From Candidatus Omnitrophota bacterium (GTDB taxonomy: Bacteria; Omnitrophota; Gorgyraeia; B26-G9), in NCBI GenBank assembly GCA_043805415.1, contig JAZDHZ010000021.1:8127-72126 (forward strand): a DNA stretch of 64,000 nt, in the 5' to 3' direction. The translations under genes were made by a program, and so were the position numbers. The notes under the pieces were generated by a model. It did not search any database, was not told the origin of the DNA, and worked only from the letters and a program-made list of their open reading frames with translations. Of this stretch, positions 1 through 8,545 are shown in pieces. Each line of letters starts with the position of its first letter. Positions within the stretch are counted from its first letter, which is position 1.

Positions 1-2
1 CA

Positions 3-2972
3 TGGACAGTGCCGGATACTGCGACTGCAATGGCACGGATCAGAGTGCTAGATGTGTCTGATGCTACGGTTTATGATGATTCAGATGCTAATTTCAGAAT
101 GCAGGGATTCTTTACTTTGAATCTGCCAAATGGCGGAGAATACTGGGTTGTCGGTACAGCGCATAATATTAATTGGACATGGGGCGGAACATTACCAAGC
201 GCGAAACTTTCTTATTCAACAGACAGCGGTATAACTTATCCTAATCTGATTAACGCGGCAGCTCCTAATGGCGTGGGCAGCGGCGGAACATTTAATTATT
301 CCTGGACCTTGCCGGATAATATTTCAACAAAAGTAAGAGTAAAAGTCGAAGATCCGAATGATAATACGGTATTTGATGTATCCAACGCGGATTTAACTAT
401 TGCCGGACAGATTATTGTTACCAGTCCAAATGGCGGAGAACGCTGGATAACCCGAGAATCTCACGCGATTACCTGGACAACATCCGGCACAATCCCAACT
501 GTTGATATCAAGTATTCTAAAGATAATTTCGTATCAAACATTAATACAGTTGTCACCGGCGCGGTTAATTCTAATTCATATGCCTGGAGCGTGCCGGATG
601 ATAGATCAGCTACAGTAAGAGTCAGAGTAATTGATCCGCGTGATCCAAGTAATACTTATGATGATTCAAACGCGAATTTTAGAATTGATTACTATACGAT
701 TTCGTTTGAAATCCGCGACTTGATTACTAATGAAGAATTATCAACTTTAACCGTGGATGCTTCATCTAATTTAGGTGATATCTGGGCAACAGCAACAATG
801 CCGGGTAATGCAGCCGCGCCTTTAGGTTCTCCAGTTACTGTTGACTTGCCGGCTGGTTTATGGACAGCAGTATGGTCAAAAGTCAGTTTTGGGGATAAAC
901 AGGCAAGCTTTGAAGTGAACGCGGATAAAGCAATAGACACTCTATATATGGAAACTACTGTAATCCATATCTGGCGCGCTTATTCTGAAGTTACTTATGA
1001 GGCAACAAATGATGTTCTAAAAGTAGCTTCCTGGTTAGAACGAGATGGATATGCTGTATCTGGCGCGGAAACAGTGTCGATTGATGTATATGATGATGAT
1101 GGTGTTTTGGTGCACAATATGTTTTCCAATACTCCTAATGCCGCGGGATTTTTCAACTTAAAATGGAATGCTCCCACAGGATTGCTGCCTTCAGTAGTGT
1201 ACACTTTGGTGACAAAAATCACCAATGCTTCAGGAGCTGAATTTAGGACTCCTGCTTCCTTCAATATTACGGAAACTCAGCAATTAGTCGCTACACAACT
1301 AGCAATGGAAAACATGCGTGATGTTACTTTGCCGGCTTTTCAGTCTGGGGTTGAAACAACGATTAATAACGGCATTGCTGAACAAAAAACACTGATTGAT
1401 ACTAAGATGACAGAGCAGACAAATATTATTGATACAAAAACAACGGAAATGAAAGAGTCAGTTGATGCGAGTATGACTGCTTTTGAAACAAGATCTCAGG
1501 TAGCAATTGATCAATTGCAGGAAGGTGCTGATCAGGCAACCGCGGCAGGTACAGAGCTTGAAACCATTGCCAAACGTCAATCCGGGGAACTTATTCTACC
1601 CACAAGCGTACTAACCGGGGGAACAGTTAATATCCGTTTTCGTATCGCTTCCGGGCTGATGCCGCTAATGGATGTAATTAGTTTTGACGGAACAATGCTT
1701 CGAAGCCAACAACCGCTTATTGAATCAAACAGTGTTGCCGGTTTGTATGGTTATGACCTATATATTGATGGTTCTCAGTTTAAGCCAGGTAAAGCGTTTA
1801 CAGTTGTTGTTACTGAAAATACAACCGGAAACCTGCAGGCTGGTTCAGTAATGGTTGAATCAACATCCTTAACCTCTATTGAAGGTTTGGCTTCTTCGAT
1901 TCCTCAGGTTAAATCTATCGCGGATTCGACTCTAGCAGCGGTTAACGCGTTGCAGAGCACATTGGCAACAGGCGGAGATGTCGGAAAGGCGCTTACTACT
2001 TTGCAGGATGCGGTGGATGAATTGCCATCATTGCTTGCCACAGAAGGACCAAGCGCGAAAATGGCTGAGGATATTAATGCTTTGATGGAGCGCTTAAAAG
2101 CTTTTGCCGGAGAAGAAGGATATGATATCTCGGCTATGGTTGAGGACGCATTGAGCAATTCTCCAACAATGAAGGAGATTAAGCTAAGAACAGAAAGCAT
2201 TAAGAGTGTGGTTAACTTCTTGCAGCAGTTATTTGAACATAAATTTGGAGGAATGGAAGAAGAACCAATGGTTTCAACATCGCTGTCAACTGGTAGTTTA
2301 ATTGTCAACGTGGTCGCGGCTAATCCATCCAGTACTGTATCTCAGGTAACGCAGGTAAAAGTTTATTTGCCCAAAGAAGTTACTCCCAATGATATTATGG
2401 ATACAGGCGGACTTGATGTTGAGTTTGACGCTAATCAATCAATATACTATGTCTACAAAGATAGAATTGAACTCGGGCCTAAAGAAGTTCGGGTATTCAA
2501 AGTTGAAATTGAGGATATCTGGATTATTCCGCAGACAGGTTTGGATGTAATGAAACTGCGGGCAACAAAACTCGCGAGCGCGTTAGAATCAACAGAATAT
2601 GCTCAAGATGGTGGAAAACTAGTTGACAAGGTTTATGCTGCTGTTGATGAAGTAATTGCTAAACAGAATGATATTACGCTAAGTCGCGAACAGCATATTG
2701 GTACTTATCGGGCGAACATCCTGATGATTGATAAATTAAAAACCGAGCTTAATGATATGGAAAAACTAATGATTGTTAATCCTGAAGAAACCGGCGCATT
2801 GTCAACGGCAATGACTTGGAAGATTATTATTATGGTGATCTTGTTTATCGGATTACTCGCGGTAGTATTCTTCTTTACCTGGTATCGCAAATCAGGGTTA
2901 ACTCAGGATGTTATTTCAAAAGCAAAACAGTTTTCTTTTCCCGAAGATGGAAAGGATCATAAAGAAAAATGA
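3..2972 (+). CDS. C-terminal part of a giant surface protein: Ig-like beta repeats, coiled-coil stalk, single C-terminal TM anchor (5' end outside window)
   Basis: Frame is open from position 3 (WTVPDT...). Repeated unit PNGGE.W...H.I.W...W(S/T)(V/L)PD...VRV.D...D.S.A.F. Helical/coiled region from about aa 430. Hydrophobic helix TWKIIIMVILFIGLLAVVFFFTWY followed by RK and a short tail. Confidence 0.8.
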   Translation, partial: WTVPDTATAMARIRVLDVSDATVYDDSDANFRMQGFFTLNLPNGGEYWVVGTAHNINWTWGGTLPSAKLSYSTDSGITYPNLINAAAPNGVGSGGTFNYSWTLPDNISTKVRVKVEDPNDNTVFDVSNADLTIAGQIIVTSPNGGERWITRESHAITWTTSGTIPTVDIKYSKDNFVSNINTVVTGAVNSNSYAWSVPDDRSATVRVRVIDPRDPSNTYDDSNANFRIDYYTISFEIRDLITNEELSTLTVDASSNLGDIWATATMPGNAAAPLGSPVTVDLPAGLWTAVWSKVSFGDKQASFEVNADKAIDTLYMETTVIHIWRAYSEVTYEATNDVLKVASWLERDGYAVSGAETVSIDVYDDDGVLVHNMFSNTPNAAGFFNLKWNAPTGLLPSVVYTLVTKITNASGAEFRTPASFNITETQQLVATQLAMENMRDVTLPAFQSGVETTINNGIAEQKTLIDTKMTEQTNIIDTKTTEMKESVDASMTAFETRSQVAIDQLQEGADQATAAGTELETIAKRQSGELILPTSVLTGGTVNIRFRIASGLMPLMDVISFDGTMLRSQQPLIESNSVAGLYGYDLYIDGSQFKPGKAFTVVVTENTTGNLQAGSVMVESTSLTSIEGLASSIPQVKSIADSTLAAVNALQSTLATGGDVGKALTTLQDAVDELPSLLATEGPSAKMAEDINALMERLKAFAGEEGYDISAMVEDALSNSPTMKEIKLRTESIKSVVNFLQQLFEHKFGGMEEEPMVSTSLSTGSLIVNVVAANPSSTVSQVTQVKVYLPKEVTPNDIMDTGGLDVEFDANQSIYYVYKDRIELGPKEVRVFKVEIEDIWIIPQTGLDVMKLRATKLASALESTEYAQDGGKLVDKVYAAVDEVIAKQNDITLSREQHIGTYRANILMIDKLKTELNDMEKLMIVNPEETGALSTAMTWKIIIMVILFIGLLAVVFFFTWYRKSGLTQDVISKAKQFSFPEDGKDHKEK

Positions 2973-3099
2973 TTCCGAAAGTGCCTGCTTGGCCGCAGTC
3001 ATTTCGGACTAAATCCCCGCCAAAAAACGGCGGGATAAATCGCGCAGCAGGCTGACTTGACGTCACAAAAAACGTTCCGTAAGTCAGGCGCTCATTTAA
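2966..3099. repeat. Structured intergenic element, copy 1 (with an extra inserted hairpin)
   Basis: Near-identical to 39428-39530. Stems TCCGAAA/TTTCGGA, CTGC/GCAG, CTGACTT/AAGTCAG. Confidence 0.85.
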
Positions 3100-3157
3100 G
3101 AAATAATAATGATTCCCGCAGGTGAAATCGAAAATCACCTGTGGGGGGTAATATAGC

Positions 3158-3427
3158 ATGGAGGCTGGGGCGAGTATGGGGGAAAAGTTATTAGAGGTAA
3201 CAGTTTTAAACCCGGAGAAGATCGTTTTTCAGGGCAAGGCAGAACGCTTGATTCTGCCTGGGGAAAGTGGGGTATTTGAAATCCTGCCATTTCATAAACA
3301 GCTTTTAAGCCGTTTACTTACAGGAACTATAATCATCGATGATCAAATGATTCCGATTTACCGGGGAGTTGTTCAGGTGGGGGGCAATTCGGTAACTGTT
3401 ATTATCGAAGAAAAAAGAAGTTCATAG
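3158..3427 (+). CDS. atpC: F-type ATPase epsilon-like subunit, N-terminal beta-sandwich only (start may be 3176)
   Basis: VTVLNPEKIVFQG..LILPGESGVFEILPFH matches the epsilon N-domain. No C-terminal helical hairpin. Confidence 0.85.
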   Translation: MEAGASMGEKLLEVTVLNPEKIVFQGKAERLILPGESGVFEILPFHKQLLSRLLTGTIIIDDQMIPIYRGVVQVGGNSVTVIIEEKRSS

Positions 3428-3452
3428 GATTGATAAGGAAGGTTAATCTATT

Positions 3453-3671
3453 ATGGCTAGACAAATAATATTGTTTCTGGTTTTTGCTTTATGTATTTTG
3501 GGACCAAGCGGAGTTATGGCAGCAGCAGCTTTTGCCAGCATAAATGCTTTAGGTCGGAATCCATCGGCCGCGCCAAAAATTTTCACAGCCATGACAATCA
3601 CTTTAATTTTTGCTGAAGCATTGGCGATTATTGCCATGTTAATAATATTCCAATTATTTCAAGCAGGATAA
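3453..3671 (+). CDS. atpE: F-type ATPase c subunit (proteolipid), divergent
   Basis: 72 aa, two TM helices, loop GRNP, conserved carboxylate in LIFAEAL. Confidence 0.85.
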   Translation: MARQIILFLVFALCILGPSGVMAAAAFASINALGRNPSAAPKIFTAMTITLIFAEALAIIAMLIIFQLFQAG

Positions 3672-3801
3672 AAGCTGTAAACCAGAAAATAAATTTAGAT
3701 TTAAGTATGGGGGATCATTGCGATCAAATAATGACTTATGAATGATTTTTCGGTATAATAAAATTATTGATAAACTAATTGGATAACCATAGAGGTGCTA
3801 A

Positions 3802-4536
3802 ATGTTTATAGTAAGTCTTATACTTTTGCAGATTTTTATTTTCGGAGGGCTCGCCTTTTTTCTGAAGCATTTGCTTACCCGCAATGTAACCAGCGCTACT
3901 TCTCATTTGCAAGGCATGATCAAAGAAAACACAGATAAAAAAGAAGAAATGCAGAAAAAGATCGAACAAGCAGAAAAAGAGTACGCGGTAAAAATAAAAA
4001 AAGCAAAAGAAGAAGCTGAACAGATCGAAAAGCAATGCCGCAAGGAAATAGAACAGGAAAGAGATAAAATCATCAGTCAAGCCCATGAGCAAAGTGAAGA
4101 ATTAATGTCTCGCGCGAATAAAACATGTGAGACTATTTTAGCTGACCTTGATAAAAATGTTAATGAGAAGGCAGTAGCTAGAGCTGGGGAATTAATCTGT
4201 AAAGTTTTACCGGAAAAAAATTGCCGGGATATTCATCAAGAATGGGTAAAGGCATTAATTAATGAAGGCTTAAATAGTTTAGATCGTTTGCGCATACCGG
4301 ATGATATTACCCGGATTGAAGTTATTACGGCATTTGCTTTAACTGAGCAGGAAAAAGCTGAACTGCATGAGCAGCTACAGGACCATTTAGATTTAAATTT
4401 AGTCATAGAGGAAACAGTTAAGAAAGATATTGTGGCGGGCATAATAATCAATATCGGCACATTAGTTCTGAATGGTAGTTTTGTTAACAAGATCAGGGAG
4501 GTAATCCATGAGTCCTACTCAAGAACAAACGAATGA
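3802..4536 (+). CDS. atpF: F-type ATPase b subunit fused to a delta/OSCP C-terminal domain
   Basis: N-terminal TM, long charged coiled coil, C-terminus IEVITAFAL...DIVAGIIINIGTLVLNGS resembling delta. Confidence 0.8.
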   Translation: MFIVSLILLQIFIFGGLAFFLKHLLTRNVTSATSHLQGMIKENTDKKEEMQKKIEQAEKEYAVKIKKAKEEAEQIEKQCRKEIEQERDKIISQAHEQSEELMSRANKTCETILADLDKNVNEKAVARAGELICKVLPEKNCRDIHQEWVKALINEGLNSLDRLRIPDDITRIEVITAFALTEQEKAELHEQLQDHLDLNLVIEETVKKDIVAGIIINIGTLVLNGSFVNKIREVIHESYSRTNE

Positions 4537-6001
4537 AACTCATGCGATAAAATTTGATGTAAAGGAAGTCGGCTGTGTTAAAGCAGTGCGGGAATTCATT
4601 GTTTTAGCGGAAAACATGCCTTCATGCGTCAATGGTCAGATTGTTGAATTTGATGCTGGTTTACGCGGAATTGTTATGGGATTTACTCAAGATGAAGTGC
4701 AAATTCTTATGCTCGGGCCAAAGGCAAAAATCCGCGCTGGCGATAAGGTATATAGTCAAGCAAAATCATTGTATTTACCTGTGGGCGATGGCTTTGTCGG
4801 TAGGGTTGTTAATGCTTTATGTGAGCCGGTAGATAGTCAGGGTGAAATAAAAACTGATGATATGTTCCCGGTATTTAAAGAAGCTCCGGGGATTATGGCT
4901 CGTGATGCTGTTGAACGGACTTTAGAGTCAGGAACAAGAATTATTGACGCGATTATGCCGCTGGCTTTAGGTCAGCGGCAGCTTTTAGTCGGAGATAGAC
5001 AAACCGGAAAAACCTCGGTAACAACGGACGCGATCATAAATCAAAAAGGAAAAGATGTTATTTGTATATATTGTGTGATTGGAAAAACTTATTCCGGTTT
5101 ATTAAAAACAATTGAATTGTTTAAAGAACATAATGTTTTTGATTACACGCTGATTGTCAGCGGAATTGCTTCTACCTCTGTCGGCGAACAGTATTTAGCG
5201 CCGTATACAGCGGCAATGATCGGTGAATATTATATGCAGCAGGGTAAAGATGTTTTGGTTATATTTGATGATTTAACCCGGCATGCCTGGATTTATCGGC
5301 AGATTTCTTTGCTGCTGAAACGTGCTCCGGGCCGGGAAGCTTATCCCGGTGATATTTTTTATATTCATTCGCAGCTTATGGAAAGAGCCGGGCAGATGAG
5401 TAAAGCTTTAGGCGGCGGATCAATGACCTTTCTGCCAATAGTTGAAACGCTGCAAGGTGATGTTGCCGGCTTTATTCCTACTAACCTTGTATCAATGACT
5501 GACGGCCAGATTTATTTCAGCTCAGCTTTATTTAACAAAGGATTCCGTCCGGCGATTGATGTCGGGCTTTCAGTATCCCGAATCGGAAATAGAGCGCAAT
5601 GGCCGGCGGTTAAAGGCCCGAGCCGAAGTCTGCGGCTTGAGTTTTTGCAGTATAAAGAACTGGTGGCCATGACCCAGTTAAGAACCACTGAGCTGTCGAA
5701 AGAAGCGGAAAAAAAATTGCGGCGGGGTGAGGCAATTACTGAATTGCTTATCCAGGATAAAAATAAGCCGGTAGCAATGGAACATCAGGTAGTGGATATG
5801 TACGCGCTTAATCGAGAGGTGTTAGATGAACTATCAGTGGATGAGATTAGAAAATTCAAAATTGATTTTTACGATAAAATAGCGGAATGGTTTCCGAATT
5901 TACCCAAGCAATTAAGAGACACTAAGATTATTGTTGATGAAAGTATTGCTAATCTTGAAGAAGCAATTTATTATTACTTTAACCAGGAACCGAAAACTTA
6001 G
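4508..6001 (+). CDS. atpA: F-type ATPase alpha subunit, divergent
   Basis: GDRQTGKT Walker A, PGREAYPGDIFYIHS, IPTNLVSMTDGQI, SVSRIG arginine finger. Confidence 0.95.
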   Translation: MSPTQEQTNETHAIKFDVKEVGCVKAVREFIVLAENMPSCVNGQIVEFDAGLRGIVMGFTQDEVQILMLGPKAKIRAGDKVYSQAKSLYLPVGDGFVGRVVNALCEPVDSQGEIKTDDMFPVFKEAPGIMARDAVERTLESGTRIIDAIMPLALGQRQLLVGDRQTGKTSVTTDAIINQKGKDVICIYCVIGKTYSGLLKTIELFKEHNVFDYTLIVSGIASTSVGEQYLAPYTAAMIGEYYMQQGKDVLVIFDDLTRHAWIYRQISLLLKRAPGREAYPGDIFYIHSQLMERAGQMSKALGGGSMTFLPIVETLQGDVAGFIPTNLVSMTDGQIYFSSALFNKGFRPAIDVGLSVSRIGNRAQWPAVKGPSRSLRLEFLQYKELVAMTQLRTTELSKEAEKKLRRGEAITELLIQDKNKPVAMEHQVVDMYALNREVLDELSVDEIRKFKIDFYDKIAEWFPNLPKQLRDTKIIVDESIANLEEAIYYYFNQEPKT

Positions 6002-6005
6002 AAAC

Positions 6006-6150
6006 AATTTCTAATTACTAATTAATAATTTCTAATGGAGTTACTAAAAAGAAAAAAGATGCGAAAAATAATAGGCAAATAAGGAGTGTTTTGCTTTTGA
6101 ATTTTTTGATCAGGGATTTTTTAGGATTTAGAAATTAGATATTAGGAATT
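6006..6150. repeat. Pair of inverted degenerate 7-nt tandem arrays
   Basis: AATTTCT AATTACT AATTAAT AATTTCT (6006-6033) and TTAGGAT TTAGAAA TTAGATA TTAGGAA (6121-6148). Confidence 0.7.
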
Positions 6151-6177
6151 CTGGATGAGCAGGGGGGTGGCTTAGCG

Positions 6178-7020
6178 ATGATTCCAATAGCACAATTAAA
6201 AGGGGATATGGAATTTTACAGATCACTTGGTGGTTTGATTGAGGTTTTAAAGCTTGTGGCTGCTGCCCAGTATCAAATCCTGGAAAAAAAAATCAAAACT
6301 TATGGATTATATCTGGACGCTTTAAGCAATGTGTTCAGCTGGCTGGATATGCAACAAGTAAGACATCCTTTTGTTAGTGCCAGTGATAAGCCGACAGCGA
6401 TTGTGGCGATAACTACTGATGCCGGTCTATTGGGCGGGCTTAATTCTCTGGTTATGAATAAAGCGCTTGAGCAGGTTTCAAAAGACGATTGCCGGATGGT
6501 TATTGTCGGCAATCGCGGACAATTGTATGTTGAAAAACGGGAAATGATTTATGCTAATTTCCCTGGTGTTGATGATAATAAACGATTACAGCAGGCTTTA
6601 AAATTAAGAGATTATATTATTGAAAATGTTTTAAAAGGAAAATTCGGCAAGGTTATAATTGTTTTTCCGCGGGCTTTATCTTTTACTGTACAGCGGATAG
6701 AGGTGCTGCGGGTTTTTCCATTTGTTTGCGAAACAAAAAACCGTCTTACGAATTTACAGCTTTCTGATATTATCTTAGAATCAAAATTCGGAGATATCGT
6801 GGAACATTTGATTTATTTGTGGCTGGGACAGAAAATTTTTGAAATTTTCGGGATGGCAAGATTAGCGGAGCAGGCAGCAAGATTTATGCATCTTGAGAAA
6901 TGTACTGACCGGATTCAGGATCTGGATAAACAATTACGTTATAAATATTTTCGGGCAAAACATGAAATCATTGACCAAAACATGAGAGAGTTATTCGCGG
7001 CGAGGTTATTAAATGGCTAA
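6178..7020 (+). CDS. atpG: F-type ATPase gamma subunit, divergent
   Basis: LKLVAAAQ, ITTDAGLLGGLNS and EQAARF correspond to gamma motifs. Lies between alpha and beta. Confidence 0.9.
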   Translation: MIPIAQLKGDMEFYRSLGGLIEVLKLVAAAQYQILEKKIKTYGLYLDALSNVFSWLDMQQVRHPFVSASDKPTAIVAITTDAGLLGGLNSLVMNKALEQVSKDDCRMVIVGNRGQLYVEKREMIYANFPGVDDNKRLQQALKLRDYIIENVLKGKFGKVIIVFPRALSFTVQRIEVLRVFPFVCETKNRLTNLQLSDIILESKFGDIVEHLIYLWLGQKIFEIFGMARLAEQAARFMHLEKCTDRIQDLDKQLRYKYFRAKHEIIDQNMRELFAARLLNG

Positions 7021-8419
7021 TAATGCTTTAAGAAAAAACATAGTCGGCAGTGTTGTCGCCGTGCAGGGGCCGGTTGTTGATGTGCAGTTTAATAATCAGG
7101 CTGATGTGCCTAATGTTTTTGATGTTATTCATACTTTTACAATTGATGGACTGAGGGTAACTTTGGAAGTCGCGGAACATTCACCAGGCAATATTGCCCG
7201 GTGTATTTCGATTAATTCTACCCAGAATTTACAGCGTAATGCTCAGGCTTTTCCCACTGGGGGGGGCATTGAAATACCAGTTGGCGATGAAACCTATACC
7301 CGGTTGATGAATGTTATGGGTGAGCCGATAGACCAAAAAGGGCCGATAAAAGCTACAGAGACAAAACCAATACGGCTGGCGGCAAAGGGAACGCAGGTTA
7401 GTTTGAAAAAAGGCAGTAAAACAAGTTTTGAAATAATGGAAACAGGAATTAAAATTTTAGACCTGTTATTTCCCTTAGTAACCGGCAGTAAAAATGGTAT
7501 TCTCGGCGGCGCGGCTATGGGAAAAAGCGTGCTTACTCTGGAAATTATTCAGCATATTGTTAAAAGACATAAAGGTACTTGTGTGTTTACTGGTGCCGGA
7601 GAGCGTGTGCGTGAGGGAAATGAATTATATCATGAGCTTGCTCGCCATGATATTTTAGAAAAAATGAAAATTGTGTTTGGCCAGATGAATGAACCTCCGG
7701 GAGCGAGATATGAAGTGGCGATGACCGGGATTACTTTGGCTGAGAGCATTCAGCGTCAGAATAAAGATGTGCTTTTGTTTATCGATAATATCTTCCGATT
7801 CTTACAGGCTGGTCAAGAAATATCCACACTTTTAGGCCGAGTTCCGTCGGAAACCGGATATCAGCCGACCTTGATCTCAGAAGCCGCGGAATTCCATGAA
7901 CGCATTCGAACTTCTGAAGGAACCGGAGGTTCAATTACCTCTATCGAAGCAGTATATGTTCCGGCTGATGACTTGACAGATCCAGCGGTAGTCGCGATTT
8001 TTAGTTTTCTTGATTCAGTTATTGTACTTTCTCGTGAAAAAGTACAGCTCGGTCTTTACCCGGCAATTGACCCGCTGCTTTCATCTTGCGCGAATTTAGA
8101 CCCGGATATAGTGGGACAAAGACATTATAATGTTTCACAACAGGTATTGCAGTTATTTCAGCGATACGAAGAATTGCGTAAAATAGTTTTAGTTATTGGA
8201 ATTGACGAATTATCATCTCAGGACCGAACAATGTATGAACGTGCTCGTAAAATGCAGTTTTTTCTTACCCAGCCGTTTTCAGTGGCAGAAGCTTATACTG
8301 GCAGGCATGGAGAATATGTTGTATTGGAAGACACATTATCCAGCTGTGAGCGGATTATGAGCGGGGAATTTGACCAAAAACGAGAAGACTTATTTTATAT
8401 GATCGGCGCCCTTCATTAA
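7013..8419 (+). CDS. atpD: F-type ATPase beta subunit, divergent
   Basis: GGAAMGKS P-loop, GERVREG, QMNEPPGAR, VYVPADDLTDPA, YPAIDPL, DELSSQD (DELSEED variant). Confidence 0.95.
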   Translation: MANNALRKNIVGSVVAVQGPVVDVQFNNQADVPNVFDVIHTFTIDGLRVTLEVAEHSPGNIARCISINSTQNLQRNAQAFPTGGGIEIPVGDETYTRLMNVMGEPIDQKGPIKATETKPIRLAAKGTQVSLKKGSKTSFEIMETGIKILDLLFPLVTGSKNGILGGAAMGKSVLTLEIIQHIVKRHKGTCVFTGAGERVREGNELYHELARHDILEKMKIVFGQMNEPPGARYEVAMTGITLAESIQRQNKDVLLFIDNIFRFLQAGQEISTLLGRVPSETGYQPTLISEAAEFHERIRTSEGTGGSITSIEAVYVPADDLTDPAVVAIFSFLDSVIVLSREKVQLGLYPAIDPLLSSCANLDPDIVGQRHYNVSQQVLQLFQRYEELRKIVLVIGIDELSSQDRTMYERARKMQFFLTQPFSVAEAYTGRHGEYVVLEDTLSSCERIMSGEFDQKREDLFYMIGALH

Positions 8420-8545
8420 AACAAACAGATATCCATGCCTTTTGATTGACAAAATCACTGATCAATGTAATAATAAATCAGTTGCAAGTAAGATTATCTA
8501 ACTACGTTGGTTGCTTTTAGTTAAGCTTGACGCGCTAAGCAATAA

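Noticed and set aside
2970-3038. TGA followed immediately by a hairpin as a possible selenocysteine/readthrough signal
   Set aside because: Readthrough adds only about 21 residues before TAA, and the same hairpin occurs at 39428 as part of a repeat with no comparable upstream gene.
2973-6177. Hidden ATP synthase subunit a in the spacers or on the minus strand
   Set aside because: Spacers are under 200 nt. The hydrophobic minus-strand ORF 3775-4092 is the antisense shadow of the Lys/Glu-rich b subunit.
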